Positions 1 through 8,662 of a stretch of 45,259 bases of DNA are shown piece by piece. The translations under genes were made by a program, and so were the position numbers. The notes below the pieces were generated by a model that was not told where the DNA came from, ran no database searches, and saw only the letters and a program-made list of their open reading frames with translations. Source of the stretch: Candidatus Heimdallarchaeota archaeon (lineage in GTDB: Archaea; Asgardarchaeota; Heimdallarchaeia; Heimdallarchaeales; Heimdallarchaeaceae); NCBI GenBank assembly GCA_021399345.1, contig JAAFKI010000067.1, forward strand, positions 1-45,259. The letters are read 5' to 3'. Position 1 is the first letter of the stretch; each line of letters opens with the position of its first letter.

Positions 1-276
1 GGTGATCCTTTCAAAGACACCTCAGGTCCAAGTATTAACACTCTACTTGTTGTTATGTCCTTGACTTCTTCAGTCTTTATGGGTCTCATGCTAGTAGTAG
101 GTGCAGATGGTTTAATTGGTGGACTTCTCGCTGAAAGCGCTGTTGGTGATATTGCAATCTGGATCATCCTTCTTGTTCTTCTAGGTGTGGTTTTAGCTGG
201 TATCTTCATCTGGGCTATCATGAAAGTTGTTAAACATCCTAAAGTAATGAAAAAGCTCTTAAAGAAGAAAGAGTAA
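1..276 (+). CDS. hppA: Membrane-bound H+/Na+-translocating pyrophosphatase, 3' fragment (truncated by window start)
   Basis: Frame 1 from base 1 reads [16 protein letters not shown], the conserved C-terminal M-PPase motif, followed by hydrophobic helices. The ORF-track start at 55 is internal. Confidence 0.92.
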   Translation, partial: GDPFKDTSGPSINTLLVVMSLTSSVFMGLMLVVGADGLIGGLLAESAVGDIAIWIILLVLLGVVLAGIFIWAIMKVVKHPKVMKKLLKKKE

Positions 277-312
277 TCTTACTCTCTTCTATTTTTCTTT
301 TCTTATTTTTCT
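270..312 (+). terminator. Short hairpin plus T-rich tract between convergent hppA and pepT
   Basis: AGAGTAA-TC-TTACTCT inverted repeat followed by T-runs. Confidence 0.45.
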
Positions 313-319
313 AAATATC

Positions 320-1582
320 TTATTCTACCCAATTATTTGCAATCAACAGTATTACTTCAGTTGCTTTTTGCATTGCTTTGGTTGGGATATATTCTTTTCT
401 TGAATGGAGAAGCATTCCACCTGCAAACAGATTTGGTGTTGGAAGACCCTTTGCAGATAATCTAGCTCCATCTGTTCCTCCTCTAATATATGAGTAGTTT
501 ACTTCTAAGCCTGCTGCAATGATTGCTTTCTCTGCTTTTTCTGCCACTTCAGGATATGAGTTAAGAAATTTCATCATATTTTCATAACTATGAGTAAATT
601 CTAGTTTTATTTCCAGTCCTCTGTACAGATTTTCAAAAGTGTTTTTGAGTGATTGTAAATATTCCATTCTACGTTTGTTTTCTTCTTCATTAAAATCTCT
701 TAGAATCATTTTAGCTTCAGCTTTTTCCGCTCCCCCCTTCAGATCATACAGATGATAAAATCCTTCTCTCTTTTCTGTGCGTTCTGATGTTTCAAATTCT
801 GGAATCTGGCTGAAGAATCTTGCTGCTACATCGATAGCATTAATCATTTTATTCTTTGCATAACCTGGATGGACACTTAAACCTATAAACTCTATTTCTG
901 CTTTCCACGCATCAAAGCATTCTGTTTCTAATTCTCCCATCTTTCCACCATCTAAAGTATAACCACATTTTAACTGGTTCATTTTTTCCATGTCTATCTT
1001 TAAAGTGCCTTCACCTATTTCTTCATCTGGTGTAAAACAAATTACTATGTGTCCATGTTTAAGCTCGGGATATTTCTTCCATGCAGTAACAGCTGTCATG
1101 ATCTCTGCTATACCAGCTTTATCATCTGCTCCAAGAAGAGTATCTCCAGAAGCTGTAATAATATCTAAACCTATCATTTCTAGCAATTCAGGTGAATCTT
1201 TTACAGAAATTGTTAGTTTATCATCATTTGGAAAAGTGATATTAGAACCGTCATAATTTTTGTTAATCTGATATTTTACGTTCTTCCCACTAGCTGCTTG
1301 TGAGGTATCTATATGTGCTAAAAAGCTTATTGACGGAGCATCTTCATATCCTTGGCTAGCAGGTAAATCTGCATAAACATAACCATATTCATCATGAATT
1401 ACATTCTCAAGACCAAGTTCCAAAAGTTCCTCTTTAAGCATTCTTCCAAGCTCTAGTTGTTCAGGAGTAGAAGGATGTGTGCCTGTTTCATCAGATGAAG
1501 TTGTGTCTACTGGTATGTAACGCAGAAATCTTTCTAGAACATTTTCTTGTATAAAATCTTGTACCTCTTTCGATATTTCCAT
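320..1582 (-). CDS. pepT: Peptidase T (M20B tripeptidase)
   Basis: AHIDT, TLLGADDKAGIAEI, FTPDEEIG, SVHPGYAK, IRGGTDGARLS and GLPTPNLFAGG motifs. Confidence 0.95.
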   Translation of the reverse strand: MEISKEVQDFIQENVLERFLRYIPVDTTSSDETGTHPSTPEQLELGRMLKEELLELGLENVIHDEYGYVYADLPASQGYEDAPSISFLAHIDTSQAASGKNVKYQINKNYDGSNITFPNDDKLTISVKDSPELLEMIGLDIITASGDTLLGADDKAGIAEIMTAVTAWKKYPELKHGHIVICFTPDEEIGEGTLKIDMEKMNQLKCGYTLDGGKMGELETECFDAWKAEIEFIGLSVHPGYAKNKMINAIDVAARFFSQIPEFETSERTEKREGFYHLYDLKGGAEKAEAKMILRDFNEEENKRRMEYLQSLKNTFENLYRGLEIKLEFTHSYENMMKFLNSYPEVAEKAEKAIIAAGLEVNYSYIRGGTDGARLSAKGLPTPNLFAGGMLLHSRKEYIPTKAMQKATEVILLIANNWVE

Positions 1583-1916
1583 TTGTATCGCTTTGAATCT
1601 ACATATACGATTTAATAAGTTTTCTAAATTTAAATTCTAGATGTTATGTAAGTCTAATCAGTCTATTTATCTCTGAATATGTCCCTTCAAATCCTGATGT
1701 TCTTCAATCCTTAAAAAAATGTTTGGAATCCAAGGAAAGTGATTTTGTGTTTAAATATTTCACCAAACATAGAAGAAGTATAAAAAATCTTAAAGAAAGA
1801 GTAATTTCTTACTCTTTGTTTTCTTTAATTTTCTTTTATTTTCTTTCATTCTCATATTTTTTTTATAAAACCTAACACTGAATAATAAACATTATAAACT
1901 TTAATAGGATTTAATT

Positions 1917-2123
1917 TTGACTACAATGACTACAGATAATGTAGAAAAACTAACTGCTAAAATATCCTTTCTTGAGAAGAAAATCAATCGAATTGAACAA
2001 TTATTACTTCTACTTGTTGAAGAGGAATATCTATCTGAGGAGGAAAAAGATAGAATTGTTCAAGCTGATCAGATTGTTAAGGATAAAGAATTTGATAAAC
2101 TTGTTAAGGTTGAATATTGGTAA
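1917..2123 (+). CDS. Putative antitoxin of a RelE-type toxin-antitoxin pair
   Basis: 68 aa with an acidic EEEYLSEEEKDRI segment; overlaps the start of the RelE-like ORF. The start may be the ATG at 1926. Confidence 0.65.
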   Translation: MTTMTTDNVEKLTAKISFLEKKINRIEQLLLLLVEEEYLSEEEKDRIVQADQIVKDKEFDKLVKVEYW

Positions 2124-2359
2124 GTAATCAGTTTTTTGAAGTTTTTCTCCTACCTGTCGCTGCAAAGGAACTAAAAAGACTACCAAAAAAAGTTCAGAAG
2201 AAAATAAGAGAATTTCTTGTGAAACTTAACCAACCTTATATTATTTCAGCAAAAAAAATGAAAGGAACTGAAAATACTTATAGAATTAGAATAGGAGATT
2301 ATCAAGTTTTATATAAAATCTATACTGATGAGCTCATCGTAGTTATTAAAAAAATATAA
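2117..2359 (+). CDS. relE: RelE/ParE-family toxin, apparently truncated or degenerate
   Basis: AAKELKRLPKKVQKKI...KKMKG...YRIRIGDYQVLY. The usual GDYR Arg is Gln and the C-terminal GHR...Y segment is absent. Confidence 0.8.
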   Translation: MVSNQFFEVFLLPVAAKELKRLPKKVQKKIREFLVKLNQPYIISAKKMKGTENTYRIRIGDYQVLYKIYTDELIVVIKKI

Positions 2360-2366
2360 GAAGTAG

Positions 2367-3038
2367 CTAAATCTTTTTAGCTATTTCTTTCAGTGTTAAC
2401 AGCATCTCTTTTAACAATTCTTCTTCATTGAGCATTGGAGCTGTTTCAGAGTCAGCAGTTACAGCTGCTTGTCCTCTCATTTTTGATAGTATGTTACGAA
2501 TCTTTTCTGTATATTCGTTTGTATCATTAATACCTACTAATTTCTGTTCTGGACGCGACTTTTGACCGGAACTACCACTCATACCTGCTGTTTCAATTCC
2601 AATAGTTCCAAAAGAAGGTCCTCCAATCAAACGATCAAAAGGTCCTCTTCTTTGATTGAAATTTGTTATATTTCGATAAGGAACAACTTTACGGCTTTTT
2701 GTTATGATTCCTTTTTCAACAATAATTTCATGAGTAGTTAGAGAATATTTTATCTGTCGTATATATACGAATACGAACACTATACCTAATACAATTAATG
2801 GCACTGAGAAGCCAAAGAACCAGGGATAGGCTAATGTATACAAATCACTCAAGGTTATTGAGATATCTTCACTCAAGCTAAGTGTAAAGGTTAACAGAAC
2901 AGCTATTCCTGTACCCACTATATAGATTAATAGAATCTCCACAACCCATATTGTAAACAATTTTGAATTATCTGGTGTGAACTGTTCAATTATTTTGTGC
3001 TTACCCATTTTTGTCAGATTAAGGCTTTCATCATTCAT
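2367..3038 (-). CDS. Membrane protein with bacterial PH domain (bPH_2, YdbS-like)
   Basis: Two TM helices, then YSLTTHEIIVEKGIITKSRKVVPYRNITNF...RGPFDRL...IETAG. Confidence 0.85.
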   Translation of the reverse strand: MNDESLNLTKMGKHKIIEQFTPDNSKLFTIWVVEILLIYIVGTGIAVLLTFTLSLSEDISITLSDLYTLAYPWFFGFSVPLIVLGIVFVFVYIRQIKYSLTTHEIIVEKGIITKSRKVVPYRNITNFNQRRGPFDRLIGGPSFGTIGIETAGMSGSSGQKSRPEQKLVGINDTNEYTEKIRNILSKMRGQAAVTADSETAPMLNEEELLKEMLLTLKEIAKKI

Positions 3039-3079
3039 TTTGACACCGATCTAACTTATACTTGAATAATTATAAACAA

Positions 3080-3103
3080 TTTTGAAAAGTAAACTTGTCA
3101 AAA
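3080..3103. promoter_or_regulatory. 24-bp inverted repeat (candidate operator) next to the TATA box of the PH gene
   Basis: TTTTGAAAAGT-AA-ACTTGTCAAAA, 11-bp arms with one mismatch. Minus-strand TTTATAAT at 3069-3076 lies about 30 nt upstream of ATG 3038. Confidence 0.6.
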
Positions 3104-3200
3104 CACTTCATAAGGCTTGAAACTAATGTAATACTGTGAAGAAAATGTTAACACAAATCTTAATACTTGCTGAATATTCATCTTATCAAGGAGAATCTAA

Positions 3201-4175
3201 ATGATAATTCCAGAACTTGCTTTTGAATCAGAATGGATATTGAAAGCAATCACAAACGAGATTAGAAGAAAGATATTATACCTTATAGAGGATTATTCTT
3301 TTCTAACCTACTCAGATTTATTACGAGAATTGAAATTATCAACTGGTAAACTTAATTTTCATCTTCGACAATTGACTGGTTTAATTGACAAGAAAGACGA
3401 AAAAGCATATAGATTAACATCAATCGGGAAGAAGTCAATAGATCTACTCAAACAGATTCAATCATTGAAAGATGATAAACAAGAAGTAATTGAGTTAAAA
3501 TCATTATTTGAAAACTTGTCGATAAAGAAAATTCATCCAGCAGAGGAAACAAAAAAGAAGTGGTTCATCTCTATAATAGGAGTTTTTGTTACAATAATGA
3601 TCATATGGTCATTTCTGTTCGGTTTTTCAAATACACTTAATTCACTATTATTCTCTCAATTGAGTTCAGTAAATAGAATTTTGATTTTCATTGGTTTTGG
3701 TTTGGTAATCTTCGGAATTATAGCTGTTCTTTCAATCATTTTAGTGCACTATTATTTTAAAATGCTGGAATATGAAATTCTTGATACCGAGTTTGTTATC
3801 AGAAGAGGTGTGATTACCAGAACAAAAACAATAATTCCTTTTAGGACAATTACCAATCTTCTAATTAAACGAGGTCCACTGGATAGATTTTTTGGAATAT
3901 CGTCTATATTAATCCAAACAGCAGGGGAAAGTAAATCTAATAATCCAGAGGGTAAGATTGTCGGAATATATTATCCGCACAAATTACTGGAAGAGATACT
4001 AAATCTTGTTCGATTACTTGATCCGCCTAGATATCTAAAAGAACATTCATTTATTTCAAATTCCCCTTTACCAATTCGCAATCTCTATTCTGAAATTCTT
4101 ACAGAATTAAAGATAATTAAAGAACGAGTGTCAGATAATAAAGAAGTCATTCAAAAAATCTTGAAGGAAGAGTAA
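3201..4175 (+). CDS. ArsR-like winged HTH + 2 TM + bPH_2 fusion; membrane-anchored transcription regulator
   Basis: N-term LKAITNEIRRKIL...LTYSDL...STGKLNFHLRQL...YRLTSIG; C-term RRGVITRTKTIIPFRTITNL...RGPLDRFFG...IQTAG. Confidence 0.85.
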   Translation: MIIPELAFESEWILKAITNEIRRKILYLIEDYSFLTYSDLLRELKLSTGKLNFHLRQLTGLIDKKDEKAYRLTSIGKKSIDLLKQIQSLKDDKQEVIELKSLFENLSIKKIHPAEETKKKWFISIIGVFVTIMIIWSFLFGFSNTLNSLLFSQLSSVNRILIFIGFGLVIFGIIAVLSIILVHYYFKMLEYEILDTEFVIRRGVITRTKTIIPFRTITNLLIKRGPLDRFFGISSILIQTAGESKSNNPEGKIVGIYYPHKLLEEILNLVRLLDPPRYLKEHSFISNSPLPIRNLYSEILTELKIIKERVSDNKEVIQKILKEE

Positions 4176-4326
4176 CATTATTCCCTTTTTCTTATCTTTC
4201 AGCTAGTTACTTAAGGTTATTTTGTTCTAGAGAATTCTTCTTAGTTTCAAACAAACATCTGAAGCATCTTAATACTAGAAACTTTATAACTGCTTTTTCT
4301 GAACATTCTTTGTAAGGGGTTTAATT

Positions 4327-5436
4327 ATGTTTGATGATTTTAATGAAAAACTAGCAAAACTTGTTGTAAATTACTCCGTTAGAGTACAAAAAGGTCATAC
4401 CGTTATGATTACTGGTGGTATAGACTCTGCCGATTTAGTTAGAGAATTAAATATTGAATGCGTTAAAGCTGGAGGACATGTAGTTAATACAAATTTAGCA
4501 ATCCCTGGAACAGCTGAGTTATTTTTCAAATACGCACAAGAACATCAGTTGAATTATGCAAATCCTTTTGCTATTGATATGATAAAAAAAATTGATAAGT
4601 ATATCAATGTCTTTAGTTCCACAAATAGAAAAGCACTTGCTAATGTAGATTCTGCTAAACAGATGCAAGCTAGAGAAGCAAATAAGGAAATGACCAAAGT
4701 ATATTTCGAGAGATCTGCTTCAGGAGAATTAGATTGGGTTATTTGTCCTTATCCTTCCCCAGCGTTTGCTCAGGAAGCAAATATGGGAACTATTGAATAC
4801 AAAGAATTTGTCTACAAAGCTTTAGCCTTGGACAAACCTGATCCAGTTGCTCATTGGAAATCAGTTAAGGAAGAACAAGATGGAATTGTTAGTATTCTAA
4901 ACACAGGAAAAGAGCTTAGAATTGTGGGAGAGGATACCGATTTGGTTTTGAGTATTGAGGGAAGGGGATGGATTAACGCTTGTGGAGATAAGAATCTTCC
5001 CGATGGAGAGGTATTCACATCACCTGTTGAAGATGCAGTAAATGGAACTATTCGTTTCACTTATCCTGGGATTTTTATGGGTAAAGAAGTTGAAGATATT
5101 TGGTTAAAGTTTAAAGATGGCAAAGTTGTTGAACACTCAGCTTCCAAAGGTCAAGAACTTCTTGAGAAAGTCTTGGAAATTGAAAATGCTGATATCCTGG
5201 GAGAAGTAGCTATAGGAACTAATTATGGCATTCAGAAATTTACTAAAAACATGCTTTTTGATGAGAAAATGGGTGGAACTGTCCATTTAGCTTTGGGAAG
5301 TGGTTTTGCTCAAATTGGTTCTAAGAATGAAGCAGCTATTCACTGGGATATTCTAAAAGACATGAAAAGTGAAGATTCAATTATTTATCTAGATGGAAAA
5401 GAAATTTACAAAGCAGGAAAATGGTTAATCCCTTAA
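4327..5436 (+). CDS. Thermophilic metalloaminopeptidase (M29, AmpS/AmpT type)
   Basis: NLPDGEVFTSP, LGEVAIG, LFDEKMGGTVHLALG and AIHWDIL motifs. Confidence 0.93.
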   Translation: MFDDFNEKLAKLVVNYSVRVQKGHTVMITGGIDSADLVRELNIECVKAGGHVVNTNLAIPGTAELFFKYAQEHQLNYANPFAIDMIKKIDKYINVFSSTNRKALANVDSAKQMQAREANKEMTKVYFERSASGELDWVICPYPSPAFAQEANMGTIEYKEFVYKALALDKPDPVAHWKSVKEEQDGIVSILNTGKELRIVGEDTDLVLSIEGRGWINACGDKNLPDGEVFTSPVEDAVNGTIRFTYPGIFMGKEVEDIWLKFKDGKVVEHSASKGQELLEKVLEIENADILGEVAIGTNYGIQKFTKNMLFDEKMGGTVHLALGSGFAQIGSKNEAAIHWDILKDMKSEDSIIYLDGKEIYKAGKWLIP

Positions 5437-5745
5437 TTTCTTCTCAAATTGAATTTGTTTACCCTTCCTTTGTTCAATTGATTGTGTCTTTTGATGCTTT
5501 CTTTTAGGACTCTCCCTATTCATTCCCCAATTCAGCAATTTTGTTCTTTCTTGTTTGTGAACACTTAAACAATTTGGACAGTGTTGATTTTTCAAAAACC
5601 ATTTATACAATTCTTTCTTGTGAGCAACAATATAGCAGCATCCTAAGCGAATCTTTGCAGTTTTGTCAATTTGCTTTAGCTCTTGATTACAGAAATAACA
5701 ATTACCTTCAATCTTTTTCTTTTTCTTCTTATCCTTAGTTTTCAA
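5425..5745 (-). CDS. Small basic soluble RING-variant zinc-finger protein
   Basis: CYFC...LGCCYIVAHKKELYKWFLKNQHCPNC; same CC-x4-H...W...CPNC pattern as the RING genes at 25-28 kb. Confidence 0.75.
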   Translation of the reverse strand: MKTKDKKKKKKIEGNCYFCNQELKQIDKTAKIRLGCCYIVAHKKELYKWFLKNQHCPNCLSVHKQERTKLLNWGMNRESPKRKHQKTQSIEQRKGKQIQFEKKLRD

Positions 5746-5857
5746 AAATCACACTGATCCTTCTAAAAATAGATCAGTTTTTGAATTGATAAACATATGG
5801 AATTTTTATGCCCGTAGAATTAGTATCTTCAGACAGTCATGTTGGATAACAAGCATA

Positions 5858-6820
5858 TCATCTTTCTAAATCTATTTCAAATTGTTTTATAGACTCAGGT
5901 ATACTATCATCTTTAGTTATTTTCATAAATTCAGTTCCGATTATTCCAGCTATTAATTGCCTTTCTGTATCTGGGGTATCCATGAAAATTAGTCTTCCCT
6001 GTGGCATCTCTTTTGTATAGTTATAATATTCAATTCTTAGGTGATATCTATCCAGAGGACCTGTTGTGAGAAATACTTCTTCCTTTATTTTCTTCAGTTC
6101 GTCATAAAGATTCAGCTTATTGTTTTGCAACGTACATCGTTTGAATTTCCATGGTTGTATACCTCTACAAAAGTCTAACATCCTTTCCTTGTTTGCTTTA
6201 TTGTCCATCCCCAATAGGAATAGGTGAGCTAATGGCATTCTCAAAGCTGATAAAATGAACTGGGGTACAACTTTCATCATAAGATTATAACCTGATTTAT
6301 CATAGACCCATTTCACCATTGGATCGTGAATTACTATAGTTGGAGCTGTGAAATAACCTTGAATTAAACCCTCCAAAATAACTGTTGAACCATAGCTTGA
6401 ACCGTACAAAACAAAGTCTTTATCTTTCAATCCTAAGTTTTCAATTGCTTTACCTAAATCTTTTGCGGTTTGGTTCACAGTCATCGAAGTTTTTCGAGTC
6501 TTCTTAATTCTACTAGATCTTTTTTCCCTTGTTTCTAGATAATAATACTCACCAAATCCTTGATGAGGAACATGAAAATCTACCCAAGAAATTGGGTTGG
6601 CCACATAACCAGGAACAAAAACTACAGGCCTCTTTGTTGTAATATTATCTGGTTTATGATGGAATATTCTTAGTTCTCCATCATCAATCGGAACATAGGT
6701 AATTTCTGATGCTCCTTCATCTAGAAAAGTAGGAACATCTCTTCTCCCTTGTTTCAAAAAGCTTTGAATGCTTTTTTTCTGTTCTTTAGTAAGTGAAAAT
6801 ATTTCTTCTGATGTACGCAT
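5858..6820 (-). CDS. Alpha/beta hydrolase fold protein
   Basis: VVFVPGY oxyanion-region motif, GSSYG nucleophile elbow, and a C-terminal Asp (GPLD). Confidence 0.8.
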   Translation of the reverse strand: MRTSEEIFSLTKEQKKSIQSFLKQGRRDVPTFLDEGASEITYVPIDDGELRIFHHKPDNITTKRPVVFVPGYVANPISWVDFHVPHQGFGEYYYLETREKRSSRIKKTRKTSMTVNQTAKDLGKAIENLGLKDKDFVLYGSSYGSTVILEGLIQGYFTAPTIVIHDPMVKWVYDKSGYNLMMKVVPQFILSALRMPLAHLFLLGMDNKANKERMLDFCRGIQPWKFKRCTLQNNKLNLYDELKKIKEEVFLTTGPLDRYHLRIEYYNYTKEMPQGRLIFMDTPDTERQLIAGIIGTEFMKITKDDSIPESIKQFEIDLER

Positions 6821-6923
6821 TTTCTCTTCTAATCCGTATTTATTTTTTTTTTCAAAGCTAGCTAATTTTTTTCTTTTTAACTATTCTATCCACCTAATAA
6901 ATGTCTACATAATAAGGTTATTC

Positions 6924-7196
6924 CTATTCTGAGAAGAGTTTCTCCAAGTGTTTTTCAACTAGTCCCTCAATTAGTTCAAATTGACGTTTTATAACTTTGA
7001 AAATAAGACTAGTAAAAGCGGTTAAACCAGTAAAAGTAAGCGCTATACCAATAGCAAATAAGCCCCCCACAGTGAATTCTAAGATGAGGAAAATACCTGC
7101 TGATGGGATAATCACACTACTTATTTTCTTGATTGTTTCTGTGCTTGCTTTAAGTTTCTGGAGGAAAGCGTCTCTATTTCGACTTTGCCTAGTCAC
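6924..7196 (-). CDS. Hypothetical small membrane protein (2 TM)
   Basis: 90-aa ORF with two hydrophobic segments; same strand as its neighbours. Confidence 0.55.
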   Translation of the reverse strand: MTRQSRNRDAFLQKLKASTETIKKISSVIIPSAGIFLILEFTVGGLFAIGIALTFTGLTAFTSLIFKVIKRQFELIEGLVEKHLEKLFSE

Positions 7197-7360
7197 AAAA
7201 GAATCTTGAGTTTAAATATTCATAAATTAATTTTCCTAATGGAGCTTTCAAATAGTAGAAAGCAAAAAAGAATCAATTTATATAAGCTTGTGTGATTTAT
7301 ATTTTGGTTGTGAGTAATTTGTTTTATTTCTCACAACCCTCCCTCCCTCAATTTTGACCT

Positions 7361-7870
7361 CTACAGCCTTTCTAGTAGCCTTTCGCGGATTATTTTGTTA
7401 TTATGTTTCTTTTTCAGAGCCCCTATTTCTTCAGGTTCTAAATTTAGAAGTTTTATTGCTTTATCTACTACATCTATTTGAATTACCATTAACAATATTG
7501 TTCCTTCTTTATCTCTGATTTGCTCAACCAAATTTATTATAGCATTATACAATCCTTTTTTTTCTCTTTCCAGTCTTCCAAATTCATCAATTATAATGAT
7601 CTTAGAATCAATAGCTGTTGTAATCGCTTGTTCTGCAAACTTAATCGCTTTCTCAGAAATTATATAATTCCCTATTTGTTCCTTGATAGAGTCATTTTCT
7701 TTATAATAATCGCATTTTGTTCCATTTTGCAAATTTACAAATGCTTTCTTCTCATCACCTAGTGTTAAGACTCCACCGATGGTAAAAGAATTTTTTAAAT
7801 CTTCAATTAATTCTAGCAAAAATGTTGTTTTACCAATGTGCCTTCTGCCAGTTATTATAAAAAAACGCAT
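7361..7870 (-). CDS. P-loop NTPase (THEP1/NTPase_1-like)
   Basis: Walker A GRRHIGKTT, then IGG, and Walker B IIIIDEFGRLE. Confidence 0.85.
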   Translation of the reverse strand: MRFFIITGRRHIGKTTFLLELIEDLKNSFTIGGVLTLGDEKKAFVNLQNGTKCDYYKENDSIKEQIGNYIISEKAIKFAEQAITTAIDSKIIIIDEFGRLEREKKGLYNAIINLVEQIRDKEGTILLMVIQIDVVDKAIKLLNLEPEEIGALKKKHNNKIIRERLLERL

Positions 7871-7888
7871 TGAATCAGCTTCTACAAC

Positions 7889-8521
7889 TTATTCCTTCGC
7901 AATAATATCTCGCCATGATTCAAGAATATGAACAAACCCTTTTGCACCTGCATCTACCACATTAGCTTCTTTTAAAACATCTAACATTTCCTTAGTTCTT
8001 CTTAGGCAATCCCAACTGGTTTCGACTAGAAGATTGATAAAGTCTATCCAATTGATTTCAGGATTTTGTGTTATAAGTTCAACAGCTTTTTCTGTAACTT
8101 CTTTCATAACAGTCAAAATTGTCCCTTCAGTTGGGTTAAGAACAGATTCATAAGCAAATTCTGTTCCATCCTTAAGAGCTTCTGTGAAAGTAGCTGGAGT
8201 GACTTCTTTAGCAGTATCCAGATAATCAACAACACCTATAAGAAATTGAGAATAAATAACACCAGAATTACCTTTAGCTCCGACAAAGCTTCCCTTGCTA
8301 ATAGCTTGGAAAATCTTCTCACCATTTCCATCATCAATTAAGTTCACTTCATCAACAATAGCTCGTAAGGTGTAATAAATGTTAGAGCCAGTATCTCCAT
8401 CAGGAATTGGAAAAACATTAATCGCGTTGATATTTTCTTTTTCTTTGGCAATTTGCTCGTGACTTTCTATCATCATATCTTTGAAAAGAATTGGTTTAAG
8501 CGAATGAACTTTTCCTAGCAT
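7889..8521 (-). CDS. Stand-alone DAK2 domain protein (FakA/YloV-type N-terminal kinase domain)
   Basis: INAINVFPIPDGDTGSN, GAKGNSGVIYSQF, PTEGTILTV and VVDAGAKG motifs. Confidence 0.88.
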   Translation of the reverse strand: MLGKVHSLKPILFKDMMIESHEQIAKEKENINAINVFPIPDGDTGSNIYYTLRAIVDEVNLIDDGNGEKIFQAISKGSFVGAKGNSGVIYSQFLIGVVDYLDTAKEVTPATFTEALKDGTEFAYESVLNPTEGTILTVMKEVTEKAVELITQNPEINWIDFINLLVETSWDCLRRTKEMLDVLKEANVVDAGAKGFVHILESWRDIIAKE

Positions 8522-8662
8522 AGACTCACTTTATTCTGATTCTAATTGTATTCTTTCTTCTTTGTTTAAAAAGCTTATTTTACGAAGGGAGAATAAAAAA
8601 GAGTCCTATCGTCAATTTTAAGAACAATACTTTTGGCAGTGTGGTTATTAAGGGTGAACTAT

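Noticed and set aside
250-276. Eukaryote-like KKxx retrieval signal at the HppA C-terminus (KKLLKKKE)
   Set aside because: Lys-rich tails after a TM are common in this AT-rich window (positive-inside rule).
1620-1875. Stop-free plus-strand frame between pepT and the antitoxin
   Set aside because: No convincing start or ribosome site, and its 3' half is translated poly-T; at most a gene remnant.
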